This document shows positions 12,742-26,200 of a stretch of 64,000 nucleotides of DNA, piece by piece (positions within the stretch are counted from its first letter, which is position 1; each line of letters starts with the position of its first letter). The stretch is from assembly GCA_905178155.1 (NCBI GenBank), contig CAJINV010000004.1:3691320-3755319 (forward strand), given 5' to 3'. Under the pieces are notes generated by a model, which had not been told where the DNA came from, did no database searches, and saw only the letters and a program-made list of their open reading frames with translations. Both the position numbers and the translations under genes were made by a program. Source of the DNA: Amoebophrya sp. A120 (Eukaryota; Protista; Dinoflagellata).

Positions 12742-13848
12742 ATGACCACGAAAACGCTGCTGACGCTGGGCTTCGTACTGCACGCTTTTGCGGAGATTGT
12801 CTTCGCGACGTGGTTCATCCTGGACCCCATCGGCATGGCCAAAGCGCGCGGAAACACCCCGTCGCCGGAATTCACGAGGAGCTTGGGCATCCACATTGGT
12901 TGCCTCGGCCTGTTGGGCGTTCTGTTCCTCCCCGATGTTTTCAAGTTCAAAAAAGGAGCGACTGCATCCACCGGAACAAATTCGAGCAGCTCTACCAGCA
13001 TTATATCGCGGGTTACGGCGGCGTTTCTGTTTTTTCACGGTGTCACGTTGCTGCGAGTTTATTTCTCGGCGAAGTACAACTCCAGTAGTGCTGCGACCTC
13101 CATGCTATCCGTGATTCTGGCCACGATACAGAGCCCCGTGGTGATGCTGCACCTACCGATCTTTTTGTTCTTGCTCGCCGGAGCGATCTGGACCTTGGAG
13201 ATGTTTGGAAAGCGAAAATCGCAAACAACATTCGCGCCTATCTCCGAGTTCCGCAGCTTGATGTTCAAAACGACCGAGGCCGTCGTGCACTTGAATCAGA
13301 ATCCCGTCCCATTATATCTGTACGTCGTTTACCTTCCGCACATTGTCCTCCTCCTGGGCGATGCGTACGTGCAACTTTTCCAGCCGGGTTTCGCTCCGGG
13401 GATCAGCAAGGTCGCACCGTCTCCGGATTCTCAGCCCCCGCTGGGGGTCGCGCTGGCGACCCTTGGACTGGTCGCGGTGCTGTTTTTACCGGCTATTTTT
13501 GTCCTCGCGCGGCAGCAGGAGGACGGTGAGGAGGCAAAGGAAAACCAAAAAAGCCTTTCAAAACTGAATTTCCTCTCTATGTTCTACCACTTCGCCATGG
13601 ATCTGAAATTGGCAATTCAGGACGGACAAGATTTGAAGATTCTCGAATTCCGGTTTCTGAGCCACTTCCTGCTCGGTCTCGGCTTTGCCTGGTACGTGTA
13701 TGAATCGGTGGTGAAGAGTAGAGGCCGGATGTTGAGCAGCGCGGGAGGCAAGGCGCGGAGTAAATCTTCGGGGAAAAAGAGAGGCAGAAGTGCTGCGTCA
13801 GCAGGTCGCAAAAATTCGCGGTCGGCGAGCGGGAAGAAGAAAAAGTAG
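12742..13848 (+). CDS. Multi-pass membrane protein with a basic C-terminal tail, single exon
   Basis: 368-aa ORF with about 7-8 hydrophobic segments, ending in KKKK. Confidence 0.75.
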   Translation: MTTKTLLTLGFVLHAFAEIVFATWFILDPIGMAKARGNTPSPEFTRSLGIHIGCLGLLGVLFLPDVFKFKKGATASTGTNSSSSTSIISRVTAAFLFFHGVTLLRVYFSAKYNSSSAATSMLSVILATIQSPVVMLHLPIFLFLLAGAIWTLEMFGKRKSQTTFAPISEFRSLMFKTTEAVVHLNQNPVPLYLYVVYLPHIVLLLGDAYVQLFQPGFAPGISKVAPSPDSQPPLGVALATLGLVAVLFLPAIFVLARQQEDGEEAKENQKSLSKLNFLSMFYHFAMDLKLAIQDGQDLKILEFRFLSHFLLGLGFAWYVYESVVKSRGRMLSSAGGKARSKSSGKKRGRSAASAGRKNSRSASGKKKK

Positions 13849-15642
13849 TGTTTGCGCATCAACACCCATGCGCAGGTAGATCATGGTGCAAGGACTGCGG
13901 GCCCGACTGCCGCATTTGCACCGTAAAAATAGAGTTAAAGAAAAATACAATTCTTGCGTTTCTAGGGCTGTTTTGATAAATTTGCAAAAGATTTGGTTTT
14001 TCTTGAAAGAATTCAACCTGGATCAAGGCCTTACAATGGAGAGTACGATACGTAAGTGGTGTAACTGTAAGATGATAATTATTAAACTTAAAGCGTATTT
14101 TGCTGCGCTCCATCTCCATGTCGTCATTTGAAACGGCTTTGATGTTGTATGATGAAAACGCCGGTACCTGAGTGTGATTTAAATGAGCACCTTCCATGCT
14201 ATTCTTAGTACAACCAGGGCTGAGCTGCAAACAAGGCCGAGGATTGCAGGTCGACGAAGATATGATGTTCGTAAATCTTCTAGTGAAAAATCGCGGGGAG
14301 CGAGTTTGACGAGGAGGTCAACCTTAGCTATATCTCGAGAGACGGATCTTCGTGATCGATGGTTTGATGAGAGGTTGGGGATTAAAGAAGTCGTATCATT
14401 GTTGCTCGGAGAGACCACCTTCACGTTCTATCTCAAGCTCGTGTGGTTCGTGAGAGCATGAAGAGACTCGTTGTGGATATGATAACTTTGAGTTGTAGTT
14501 TCTACTTCGCGACATCGTGTCTGGTAGTTCCATGCAGCATGGCAAGTTTGCGGAATTCGAATACGAAACTTTTATTTCCCACTGTAACTCTATCTCTGCG
14601 TCTGCGATAGAGTTGGAGAAAATCGTATACGGGAACAAAAGGTCGATTCTTTTTTTGAAAGAAATAGAGCGTTCTCTACTACTTCTCGCGGCTACTACAG
14701 CTCCAGCGCACTCCCCTCAACGCCCGAGATTGCGCGGCTACTGCATTCGCGCGCACGATCGGAGGTGATACTTAGCAACCTGGTGACGGACGTTAGCGGG
14801 ACGATTCGTGGGTTACCTGCAACACGTTCAACCGGGCGGTCGGAGTTTTAGCTAGTTCCAGGGCCAGCTTTTCTACTACACAGGAGAGGTAGACACAACT
14901 CGTCCATAATTAGTTCCTGATCGGCGCCGAAAGAACTTCGTTACAAGTGTTCTCCGCTCTGTTCGCCGAGGCGGCGTCGCAATCAGGGCGATCAGCGGAA
15001 GGACGAAAAGGTGAGGGCAACAGCACCGTGCGAGCGACAATCAGGTGTAGTGCTGTCGTGTGTTGGCAGGAAAGAGAGCGCGACAGGAGCAAGAACCGGG
15101 AAAACAAAGCGATAAACGTCGTCTTGCAAAACGCTTGAGCAGCCGCGTGTTGATCTGCCTGGACCTCGACATCTCGCCACGACATCTTGTACGAAAAGCA
15201 GAACTAGGGTCCTGCTTTTTTTACGACGCAGAAGTCGCGCAGGTAAAGTGCATCGATCTGCGTCGTCGTGCGGGGAAGCGGAGCAGCAAGCTTGGTCGAA
15301 GAAGAAGTACTTCCACCAAAAGGCGCGTCTCGCTACGACCACTTTCTTCTCTTGAGGAGCGGCAAAGACGGCTAAAGCAGGAGGAACCGCGGTTGGAGTG
15401 GAGCGAGCGTGAAAGAACAGTGCTGGACCGTAACCGAATTATTTCACGCGGCTCCTGCAGGTCGTGCTCGCCCGAACGGGAACGCGTACAGTCGCCGACT
15501 GCAATTTTATTTGCAACGAGTACCACGAAGACGAGGACCAGGTGAACTTTCTCTGAAAAAACACTTTTACTCCGGACGTTTCTTTCCGTTGCAGCTAGTG
15601 GCAGGGAAAACGAAATAAAGCAACAACAAACCCACTACCACC

Positions 15643-18141
15643 ATGGAGGAGCCAATCGATAGTCAGGCGGAGGAGGAAGAGGAGGAGAAGGAGACGAGGT
15701 CACAGCAGCTCGCACGACTGAACCCACTGCTGTTGGAGGCAAGCAGGAAAAATGTCACCTCGGAAATACTCTCGCTCATCGAGGAGATGGCGGACCCATG
15801 CGTCGAAGATTCAAATCAGTACTAAGTGATGTTTTTTTAGTTCAGACTACCTGAATGATCTTGATGATGATAAGCTCAGTTCAGAGAAGAAAGTAAAAAC
15901 GCTTTCCCTGTACTAAGAACAAACCAACCGCAACTACAGGTGGTCACCACTAATGTGGGCGTCGAACCACGGTAACGAACCAGTAGTGCGGTCGCTGCTC
16001 GAGCAAAACTGCCACGCCACTTACCAGCAGAGCGCGCACACGCGAAGAAAATGCACGCCGCTCCACTGGGCCGCGTTCCGCGGTCACCTCAAGGTGTGCT
16101 GGCTGTTGCTGAAGCAGAAAATATCGCCCCTGGAGGTGGACGCGTTGGGGAATACGGTGCTGCACCAGGCGGCGGCGGGAGGCTCACTCGAGGTCACCAG
16201 CGCCATTCTCAGCCAGGGAGCAGACGTAGGAGTTTGTTTCGCACAGGCTTGAATTCTCTTTCTCATTTCAGGCGTGATGAAGATGACTCTCGAATTAATA
16301 TTCCAAGGAAGAAGAAGATGAGCGAATTTCAACAGCTGGGTGGACTTTACTTCGCAGAGGAACTTACTAGATTAATCTACCAGGTCTTCAAATTGAACAA
16401 ACGGGGGCACACGCCTTTCGACATGTGCACGGTGGTCCCGGTGCAAAAACTCCTGAAGCACTGCATGATGGCGCCCACGTGTCACATCTCCGGGCGGGGC
16501 TTTTCCTCGACCGTATTACGCTTCCTCTGCTCCTGGACACACGTGTTAGTCTGCCGCGAAGCATGCAGCCGGATGTGGGCGTTTGAAAACCCAACGAAAA
16601 CGGAGCGGGAGCAGCCGATGACACTGGCCAAGGACGCCAAGGACATAGTCGACCACGCAGAGATGCTCTTGGAGAAGAGCACCGCCAGCGGAAAATTAGA
16701 AGACGTATTTTCGTATTTGTAGCAGAAGTTGTATACTTGAATTGAATGGGTATGGGTATGGGATCGAAGTACTCTCTGCATGCAAGAATGCCAATGCTTT
16801 CCGTTCAACAACATCGTCTGTCGGTCTTGGCAAAATCCTGTAACCATAGCCGCAACATCTTCCCCAGGTAATAGCCGCACTAGACAACGCAGAAGGCAAG
16901 CCCGTGGACTGCAAGATAAAGCAAACGGCAAAGAAGCTGCGACAAAAGCTCGAAAGCACAATAAGACTAAAGGAGGCCATGGCAAACAAAAGCATCATCA
17001 AGAATGACGGTATAATTGATTCGCTCGGGTTTGTCTTTGTGATGTGGGCATAACTGCTGCTTCGATTCATTTGACTCTTAATAGAGAAACGCACACCAGT
17101 TCTTGTAGCGGTACATGGTATAACGTCGACTTACATGACACGACATGAATCCAACATACTACACAACAGTCGCGGAAATCATAGAAGCAGACGCACTGGT
17201 GATGGCAGCCGAGAACCTCGCCCGCGCCATTCAGGATGCCATCCGAAGGAGAGTAGAGAAGCCGCTGACGGACGAAGCTGCGAATTTGCGAAGGCGACTG
17301 CTGTGCGAGGCGAGCTTGACCAGATACTTTCGTGCAACACGTATTGAACCTTTGAGTGCTTTTGCACTTTGCTGACGCAGTTTAGAAAACATGAGATGAT
17401 TCATTTTTCCAGGAAAATAAAGCAAAAACGGGACAAAAAACCAAAACAGCAAAATTAACCGTCGGCTACATCCGGTATTTTCAAGAGTTGATAGACACGT
17501 GCGAGCGGGAAGCCGGGAACAAGCACTTGCTGACGCTCTCAACTGCCATGAGAAAAAGGTGCGAATTTATTTGCGGTTTCGCTGGTGCATAGCGTTTGGC
17601 TGTGGTCATGACATGATTTTGCGCAGATTTTTTGTGGTGCATGAGCATGACAAAGTACAGTATTACCACGAACACTTTGAACTAATCAGGATATCGGCGG
17701 AGCGAGAAATGACCCTGAAGTTCGACGAAGTGGAGCATTTGTGCCTGCTGTCCAGTATCACCGAAGTACCACCGGAGGACAAGAAATATCCGAGTTGGAT
17801 TGAAGGTATGGATACGGGTCTTTTTGTATGCTGGAAATGAAACGTGCATGCCAGGTCTACTACTTTCTTACAACACTGACTTCGTCGCAAGAATGAGTAC
17901 AATTATCGGGGCAACTGAAGTGGACAAAATTCTTCTATTCTCAGATGTGGAAGTTTTCTCTGGCTTCCAGGAGCAGTACGTGAAGGACGTCGAGTACGGG
18001 CGGGAAACCGAATCCTCCCCGGAGCTCATCGAGAAGTGCGAGAAACAGCTGGCGATTCTGGAGGACCTGCTCATCGAACAGCGGCAGATCTTGGAGGAGG
18101 TGAACTTGAAAAAGAAGAAGGGGAAGAAGAGCAAAAAGTGA
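15643..18141 (+). CDS. Ankyrin-repeat protein, multi-exon
   Basis: Ankyrin motifs SPLMWASNHGN, TPLHWAAFRGH, GNTVLHQAAAGG and GHTPFD. Several introns of about 110-170 bp. Ends KKKKGKKSKK at 18141. Confidence 0.8.
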
Positions 18142-18839
18142 AACTACAACCATCGTCAGAGGATTTCTTTGATGTGTCTCCTCGCTTCTTCACCTCATTC
18201 ATCACATTCTTCCGTCGCATTACTTCTCCACTGTCGTATTGTCACAAAAGTCACAATTCTAAGTCTAATCGAAAGCAAACGAAACTGGTGAATACAATAG
18301 CCACGAAAATAAAAGCAATTCTCTTTGCAAAGGAATTTTACGCTGAAGTCACACTAGAAAGCAAAAGTCACAATTGGCTGGCCGCCCGATAAGATGATTT
18401 ATTTTCACTTGTATGTAATAACAGAGCAGACGCGGGAGCAGAGAACACAATCGCTGTAAGAACTTGCGCTTTGTAGAAATTGAAATTAAGATATCAGTAA
18501 CCGCACTGGTTCAAACAATAGCTAGGTTTTGCCGATGCAAACCGCATGCCCAACTAAGTGTTCTTTCGGCCGTGCTGAGGCGCAATAAGGCGATCCATTT
18601 TACAGTGAGGACGGGACGACGTTGAGGGGGCGGCTTCTTCCCAGCCTACTTGTACACAAAACGAGATGAGTTAAGAGCCACTCAGGGGTGGAGCTTGGTC
18701 TTTGCGTCTGGAGTACTACTTCCATACTCAAAATTGATGAGCACGTGGAGTTTACTTTCTGACTGCCTTTGAACCGGTCATGGTTCTTGCAATGAAATTC
18801 AAGGTACAATAAAAAACGACTATATTAGGGGCGAGAACT

Positions 18840-21800
18840 CATCGTGTTCCTACGCAACGGAACGTGAAGAGGTGGCATGACAGTGCCTGCAAGGGAGGCA
18901 CTATGTACTACCACGACCCGGAAACTAAATGGGCAGCTTCACGATTAATAAAAGATGATCCTGCGTTTTAGTTGTCGCTGAAGCTGCAAAGCCTCTCTGC
19001 TTCTGGTGGATCAGAAGTCACGCTTTCCTTTTCCTGCGCCGCAGACCACCGAGCGCGGCAGCAAGGGTTTTTCCTGGCACAACGAGCTAGCGGCCAACAT
19101 GACGCGGAAAAACAAGCAGGCTCTGCTCCTGCTGGGCGCGCAGCCTGCCATGGCGATCCACAAGGAGATGTTTACCACCAACGCGGTCTGCAGTGCGCAG
19201 TATTATTTTGAAAGCGATTATTTGTTTCAGTGAAAATGAAATTTTGTTTGTCTGTGCTGATGGTGAACAATCTCTTAGCCCATAATCGTTTTCCGTCTTC
19301 ACACACAACTATTCTAGTAAACGGAATCGAACTTCTATCAGGCACTGCATCAATCCGGTTTTCCCGGGTCTGGAGGACACCTACTTGAACGCCAAGAAGA
19401 AGTGGAGCTGCCAGATGCTGGAAGATGCCGCCGAGGGGGGCCTGGATTTTTGCAGCGGCGTCGTGAATTACAACCCCTCGCTACCCGTCCCCGCCACCTC
19501 AAAATCCGTGGCGGAGCTCGTGAAGCAGCAGGAACAGGAGGCCATGACCACGTTCTTCCTCCATTTGAACGCCATGGGGCTCGAGGCGTGGGACCACAGT
19601 CGACCCATGGACAGTATCGATCCCTGCATCCAGTCGGTCTGGCGGATGGCGTGTTACACCCACTTCCCGAAAGCACAGGTATACTACGAGGCTGGTTCTT
19701 TGATGCTGCTGGTTTCGTCGAGAAAATCAAGATTTTTTTTGTGATTTTTGCGTTTCTTCTTCGAGCATGAGAAGTAGAAGTTCACGTATTTGAATGATGC
19801 CTCGTCTGCATGACAAACATCAAGAACTCAAGAAAATCACGTTCTTCATCCTACTTCCCTACAGCAAGACTGCCAAAAGGATCAAGAAGTGGACTACGTC
19901 CGGCCCTGCCGCTCCTCTTGCTCGAACTACGTGAATTTCTGCGGTGTCACCTGCTGCGACGAGTCCGTTGCTTGCGTTTTCGAGCACAGCAAGGACATCG
20001 GCAACAACGAGGTCATCCAGACCGTCGGCTACAGTCCGCACGACGGACCGTCCATGTTCTGCACGGGGAGTGCCAGCGGCAAGTGGAGTACAAGTAGCAC
20101 GGCGTTTTTGGTCGGTCTTTTTGCTCTCTACCTCTTCTCCAGCTTCGGATTGGATGGTGGGAGCGGGAAAGCGAAAGCTTCATCTTCTTCCAGCAGACGA
20201 AGTTCAACAACGACCTCGCGTGCTGCTGGTTTTCATCGCTGGATGAACTTTTTCGCAACCTCGATTTTTTCGGGAGCGCTGTTCGGGCAGAATAGTTCGC
20301 AGATGAATCTAGTTTCCGCAGTGTCCACGACCAGCCTGAGCAATCGAGGTGTTCTTGCCCCGGCCGCGCAAGAGGAGACAGTGGCAGGAGTTGTAGCCAG
20401 TAGTACTGCGTCAACATCTTCATCGTCGTCGGGAGCAGGAGTAGAGGAGCAGCAAACAAACCAAAGGAAAGTGATACAACAAGAACTCGGCGCAGCAGCA
20501 GCTTCATCTGGCAAGGGTTTGTTGAACAAACTAGAAGCTGATCAGGATACTACAACTGCCTCCTCCACCGCGGCTGTAGTAAGTGGAGCGCAGCGCGAAG
20601 TGCCAGGTATTAAACTGTCTCTCTTGCAAACCGGGATATCTGCGGTCTCCAGAACGGCAGGGATTGCAGCGAGCAGCAGTAGTTTGGGCGAAGAAGGGGC
20701 ACCAGCAGCTCCAGGTGTGCCTGCGACCCAGCAAAATCTCCAAGTCGAGAATAGTAATCTTCTTCTTGCCACGTCGACCGCTGCAGAGAAGCGAGCCAGC
20801 ACTCAAATAACCTCGCCAGTAGTGTCATCGACCGACGTCGCGGGGGGAAACGGAAAGAAGGAGGAATCAGCAACAGCATCTTCGAGCACCAGGGGTGAAC
20901 AAAGTGGTGAAGCGCAAGAACATCTTCAAGAATCGCAGCAGCTTTCGCTGATGCAAACCGGAACCTCCATGCGGAAGAGCGGGAATATCATGGGGGAACA
21001 CACGGTGGGCAGCTGGCGCGCGAAGGAGGATTACCTGATCAAGTACTCCTACATTCTATGACAGTGCACAACTCCCCCTCCCCCTCATTTGTATAGCATG
21101 AACGGCAATACAAGCATCAGCAAGCGTGCCGGTTTTGCATGACAAATTTGCACTGGATTGTAAGTAGTACTGTTTGGGCTACCAGAACTTGTCATGCAAA
21201 CAGTGCCAAGAGGCACAAAGTGGATGGGGTATTTTGCATAACAAATGAGGGGGAGGGGGAGCTGTGCGCTGGCATACATTCCCCCGGGCGCCAGCGCGGC
21301 CCAGGCCCAGCTGAACAGTTGCGGGGACGCAAATCTAGCGCAAACCCTGCAATGCTCGGGACGCGGGGTTTGCAAGCCCTTCAACCCGGACAATATCCAG
21401 AATCCGACCAGCTTTTGCGAGTGCGATCGCGACTACGCAGGTAGTTAGAAGCTTGTCTTTTGTAGTACGTTTTTGCGGCGCTGTTTTGACGAGTTGTGAA
21501 GCGTTATTTATTATTCTGAAAATAGAATCGTATTTTGATTTTCAAGTAAAACCAAATGAACCCAGATCCGGAGTGTCGCACGAGAAGAAAGTCGCAAGTG
21601 GTCGCGTACGTGCTCAGCCTGTTTCTCGGTTTCCTGGGAGTGGACAAGTTTTACCTCGGGTACCCCATTGCCGGGGCCACCAAGCTCATCAGTCTGGGCG
21701 GCTTCGGTTTCTGGTGGGTAGCTGACATCGTGCACGTCGGAGCAGTATCAACTGTAAAAGTGTCTGGGTCTGGAAGAATGCAACTTGTGATGCTGCATTT

Positions 21801-22457
21801 GGATTCCAAAAAAAATCTGTATTGCATGAGTACCAAAGGAAGTGCCATTTTTGCTACGCTGAGAAGGCATTTGTCATGCGGAATACGCATCAAGAAGCCC
21901 TCAAAAAATCTGTATTGCTAGGGTATGCATCACAGACATCATGGCTCATGCAAAACGTGCATGACAAGTGTCAGAATCTTCCAGACCCAGACACTTTTAC
22001 ATTTGATAAGCAGCCCCAGTCTATGCGAGGGAGTACAGAATAAGACTAAAAGATTTGGTTTTGGGTGTGTACTTTCTGTCTATCATAGATTGGTGCCAAA
22101 AGCTGCGTGTTGTGCACCATTTTGTTTATCCTATTGGAGGTGATCTACAGATGCCGATGCTGATGCATTGAGTCGACTTGTATGTAAATGAACTTCTTCA
22201 GTTACCGTGTGGCGGCCAACCTTCCGCACTGGGCGTTTGTGGTGTCCAGCGTGCTGTTTTTCTCCATTCTCGGCTTCGTGATTGCGGGCTGCGTGACCGC
22301 CAGCCACCTGCGGGGCAAGCGACGCGCTGCGATGCTGTACCAGGCGCAGGAGGACGCGCAGAGCGGGGACTTCGTGGCCAGCCTGCCCGCGATGAAGAGC
22401 CGCCACTTCACCAACCCGACGGCGCCCCAGCCGCAGGTGGCGTTTCCCGGGGCGTGA
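18840..22457 (+). CDS. Cys-rich extracellular region plus S/T-rich linker plus EGF-like and TM2-domain membrane protein (start uncertain; may be two genes)
   Basis: The TM2 signature is RKSQVVAYVLSLFLGFLGVDKFYLGYPIAGATKLISLGGFGFWWVADI. It is preceded by CSGRGVC...FCECDRDYA and by Cys-rich exons at 19342-20080. Confidence 0.7.
21057..21276. mobile_element. Introner, TIR family D (CACAACTCCCCCTCCCCCTCATTTGT)
   Basis: TATG...CATA ends with ~36-bp TIRs and direct repeat CATTC. Removal gives YSYI-PPGASA. Confidence 0.92.
21746..22008. mobile_element. Introner, family A
   Basis: TATC...GATA ends with direct repeat AGCAG. Removal gives HVGA-APVYA. Confidence 0.92.
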
Positions 22458-23282
22458 TTGTCAGTACCAAACGAGGGAGGAAGGAGGTCTGCAAAGGGGT
22501 TAGTACTATTCCGCGGGAAGAAGTTCTTGTAGGTGACATCAAAGAGATGACTTTGTCGACAAGCCGAACCTGTACAAATTTTACGTCGACGTCGTAACCG
22601 TGATTCACCTTTTCTTCTCGCTCTTTACTGCAGGAGCCTCGAAAACTTATAATTGGGGCGGAGAAGTTTCTCGACCTTATGTTGCTGAAACCAAAAAAGG
22701 AAAAGAAACCACAAACACATTTCACTGTTTATTTTTTCTCAACTCTTATTTTCGTATAACTCGTAACCGTATATTGTCCTCAAGTGTCTACGTTTCAAAA
22801 ATACAAGCTGGTTGTCGTGTCACAATTCGTAACAGAGCAAAGCCTATTCCAGGTTTCGGAGAATTTTTTTTCTTCAAAAAATGACACGGAATGAATGTTT
22901 TTCTTTTTCAAAAAAAAAAAAGCAAACAAATGCGACACTGCGCACGTTGCAGCTGGTTTGAGGTGGAAGTGCAGCCGGGTAGCTGCAGATTTTGCGGCCG
23001 CGCTTGGTACAGACATGACGTGCAGCATATCCTCTATCGAGAGGTCTTGAGAGAGCAGGAGCGGCGAATGACAAACATATATAAGTTCCAATAAAAACGT
23101 TACATAAATAAATTTTGCAACCAAGAGCACTCATGTTGTTCTCTGCAAAAATTTCTGTGCTCCTGTTGCAGAATTTGACTGGTAGGGAACAAGAGGAAGA
23201 ACACGTCGAGCAGAACCGCAAGTAAAAGCTCGCTGTATTACATCGTCCGCCCACCAATTCCTAATCCTACGACAGAAGAACT

Positions 23283-26200
23283 ATGACCGCGGAAAGCTTT
23301 CTTCCGCCGAGCGCCGTACTCGGCACGGCACCTGGCGCGCACAACTCCGACGAAGACCACTTTCAGTACGACTCTGTGACCTTGCAGCTCGACAAAGTTG
23401 AGTTCCACCCAGATTTTCTCGCCGCGCAGACGTCCACTTCTCTGTCGGAGCATTTCTCGTGGGCCATGTACGACGCCAGTAGTATCACATCAACGACATC
23501 ATCCAACTGCTTCCTCTCCCCTCGTCCCGTGGAGCTGAATGTGAAGCTGACCGTGCAGAAAATCGTCCAGAAAACGGCCCACGTCGTGTTTATTTCTGCG
23601 TCTAGCAATAGTAGAATCACGCAACAGAGTCAAACTTCCGCATCCGTGCCACGGCGCTGCTTTGGGACCGTCAGTTTTGATGCAAACAGTGCACAGCAGG
23701 ACATTCAACTGAATGAAGATTTCAGTATCGGGGAAGAGGTTTTCGCGATGTACGGAGATCACACAGCAAACCGGTTTTTCCGCGCGCAAATCTCCCGCAT
23801 TCGACAAGGTAAGGACTCGAGCAGTGATGTCCATTTTGACATCCAGTGGCTGCGGCCGCGGCACCACACACCGAAAACGGCGACAGGGACGAATTTGTCC
23901 TTTGCGGAGCAGGAACTGGAGACATCTGCACCGGATCCACTTGACTACGTCATGAACCACCGAGAACTGGACGACACGGTTTTCATGGTAAATCTCCCCA
24001 GGACGAAGCTGAAGCGGCTGGACGCTTCGAGTAATTCTCACGCGTGCGGCATGGTCAGGTTTAACGTGATCACCGGGGCCCCGAGGTCGGGCCGGGTATC
24101 GCGCGGCGCAGCGAGCTTTCCGACGACTGGCGGCCTTGTTGCCGGTAATTATTACGCAGAAATTTGTGCTGTTGGTTTTTCTTTTTCATGCTGTTGTCAA
24201 TGTTCTTTTGAACGACAACGATAGTTCAAAAAGATTTTTTTCAAGAACGTTTATCTATGATTAGTTGAAACAGTTTGGATGATATTCCATTTTTTTTGAC
24301 GACCGTACACGACTCTACACCAGGTTCGACCGAGTTTTCGCGCCGACATGGAGCAGTTCAACCTGGAGGAGCTGCTTCCACAAACAGCATGCGGGTTTCT
24401 CCGTCCTCCTCGCCAAACCAGCAAAGCAGTACGACTTCCAGTGTCGGAGTACAGCAATTCAAAAGTTCCTTCTCGACCACAACGTCCCAAGCTGCACCCT
24501 CCAGCATTGGCGCCGATCGGTCGTACGACTCCGCACCAGGGGTTCAGCATCACAGCAACTCCTCTGGCACCGAATCAGGAGAGCACGGCGCCAACCACGG
24601 GAGCAACTTCGTGACCCCGTCGAGTAGTAAAGACGCCGCTGCTCCTCCAGCCTGTTTCGCGCACGGAGACGCGAAACAGCAGGCCGGGGTGCTGCGCTAC
24701 GTGTATGATGGAGAGCATGACGACCAAGCACAATTTTTGCCACGACTCTTACCGTCCCCGGAAAATGGAGAGTCTTCATCTGCAGGCGGTTTATACCCCG
24801 GAAAAACGTCGTCGAGTTCTTCTTCTTTACTGAAAACCAACGCGTCGCTGCGAGGGCCACCACCCGGGTGGACGACCATGAACAATAAGAATAAACAATC
24901 TTCCTCCAAAACCAAAACCAAACCCTTCACACACTTGGGTCGTAGAGTATGGCGTTCTCAAACGTTACATTCTCAGTTGTTACATGGATTTGTCATGCAG
25001 AACTACCACCATCAACCACAAGATCAAGCTGCTTCGCATGACAAATTTGAGAAGGGCTAAACAGCAGCTAAATCTGCGCGGGATTTGTAATGCAATTTTT
25101 GCAATCTTCTAACTTGTACTTTTGCCATTCTTGCATGACAAATTTCCCGTAACAGTTGAGAATGTAACGTTTGAGAACGCCATATAGAGCGAACTTTGAC
25201 GAGCTGAAAGCGCTGGCGTTGCTCCGTGCCGGCGACGCAGTGCCGCACGAGGACCTCCGGGAGGCGCTTGCGTGGACGTATCAAATGCAAATATGTCTGG
25301 GTCTGGAAAGTTGGAACTTGTAATGCTGGCCTTGCATTCCTGTGAAATCTGTATTGCATGACCACAAAAATGGCAGCCTCTCATGTCATACAAAAATGCA
25401 GGTTCTCATGCGGAGTTCGTATCGGATGAAAGCGTTGTGCAGACTTGTAATGCAGCTTTCCGGCATGAGGAAGTGTTTTCATCGTGCACATTTTAGCATC
25501 ACAAATTTCCAGACGCAGACATATTTGGACTTGATAGGACGCTGCGCACGCTGATTTCGGTGCGGGAGAATCACGATGCGCAGTTGGCGGAACTGGAAAA
25601 CAAGCAGCGGGAACTGTTCGGACGGTTAGGGAGATATGAGACGGAATACGGCACGAGTTCTGCTCTTCCTATCCCCTACTACGACAGCGCCAGCACACCG
25701 AAACAGCAAAAAGGTGGGGCACTTGTTCTAACCTCGCAGAACAACAACCCGCAATTCTTCTCAACGACAGGAGGACCACCACCACCACCACATGTAACAG
25801 CTTCCCAGCAACCTCCTGCTGCGAGCAAGTACCTTTTTCAAAGCAGGGCAGCGGCCGGTAGTACAGCAACCACTACCACGTCGAGCAAGCCAGCGACACC
25901 GACAAGCAACTTAGCAAGTGCGGGACACCAGCACCAGCAGTTTCAGAGCCAATTTCAACTGCGAACGAGTAGTAGCCGCTTCGGTGGCCCGACTTCATCT
26001 GGGGTTCTTGCCGGTGCGGAAGCCTCAAGTGTGGTCAACTATCAAGCGGTATCAAATGCAAAAATGTCTGGGTCTGGAAGATTCTGACACTTGTCACGCA
26101 CGTTTTGCATGAGCCATGATGTCTGTGATGCATACCCTAGCAATACAGATTTTCTGCGGGCTTCTTGATGCCTATTCCGCATGACAAATGCCTTCTCAGC

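Noticed and set aside
13900-15600. ORFs 14183, 14517 and 15060 as a gene or transposase
   Set aside because: They are short and lack consistent coding character. The region is treated as intergenic or UTR.
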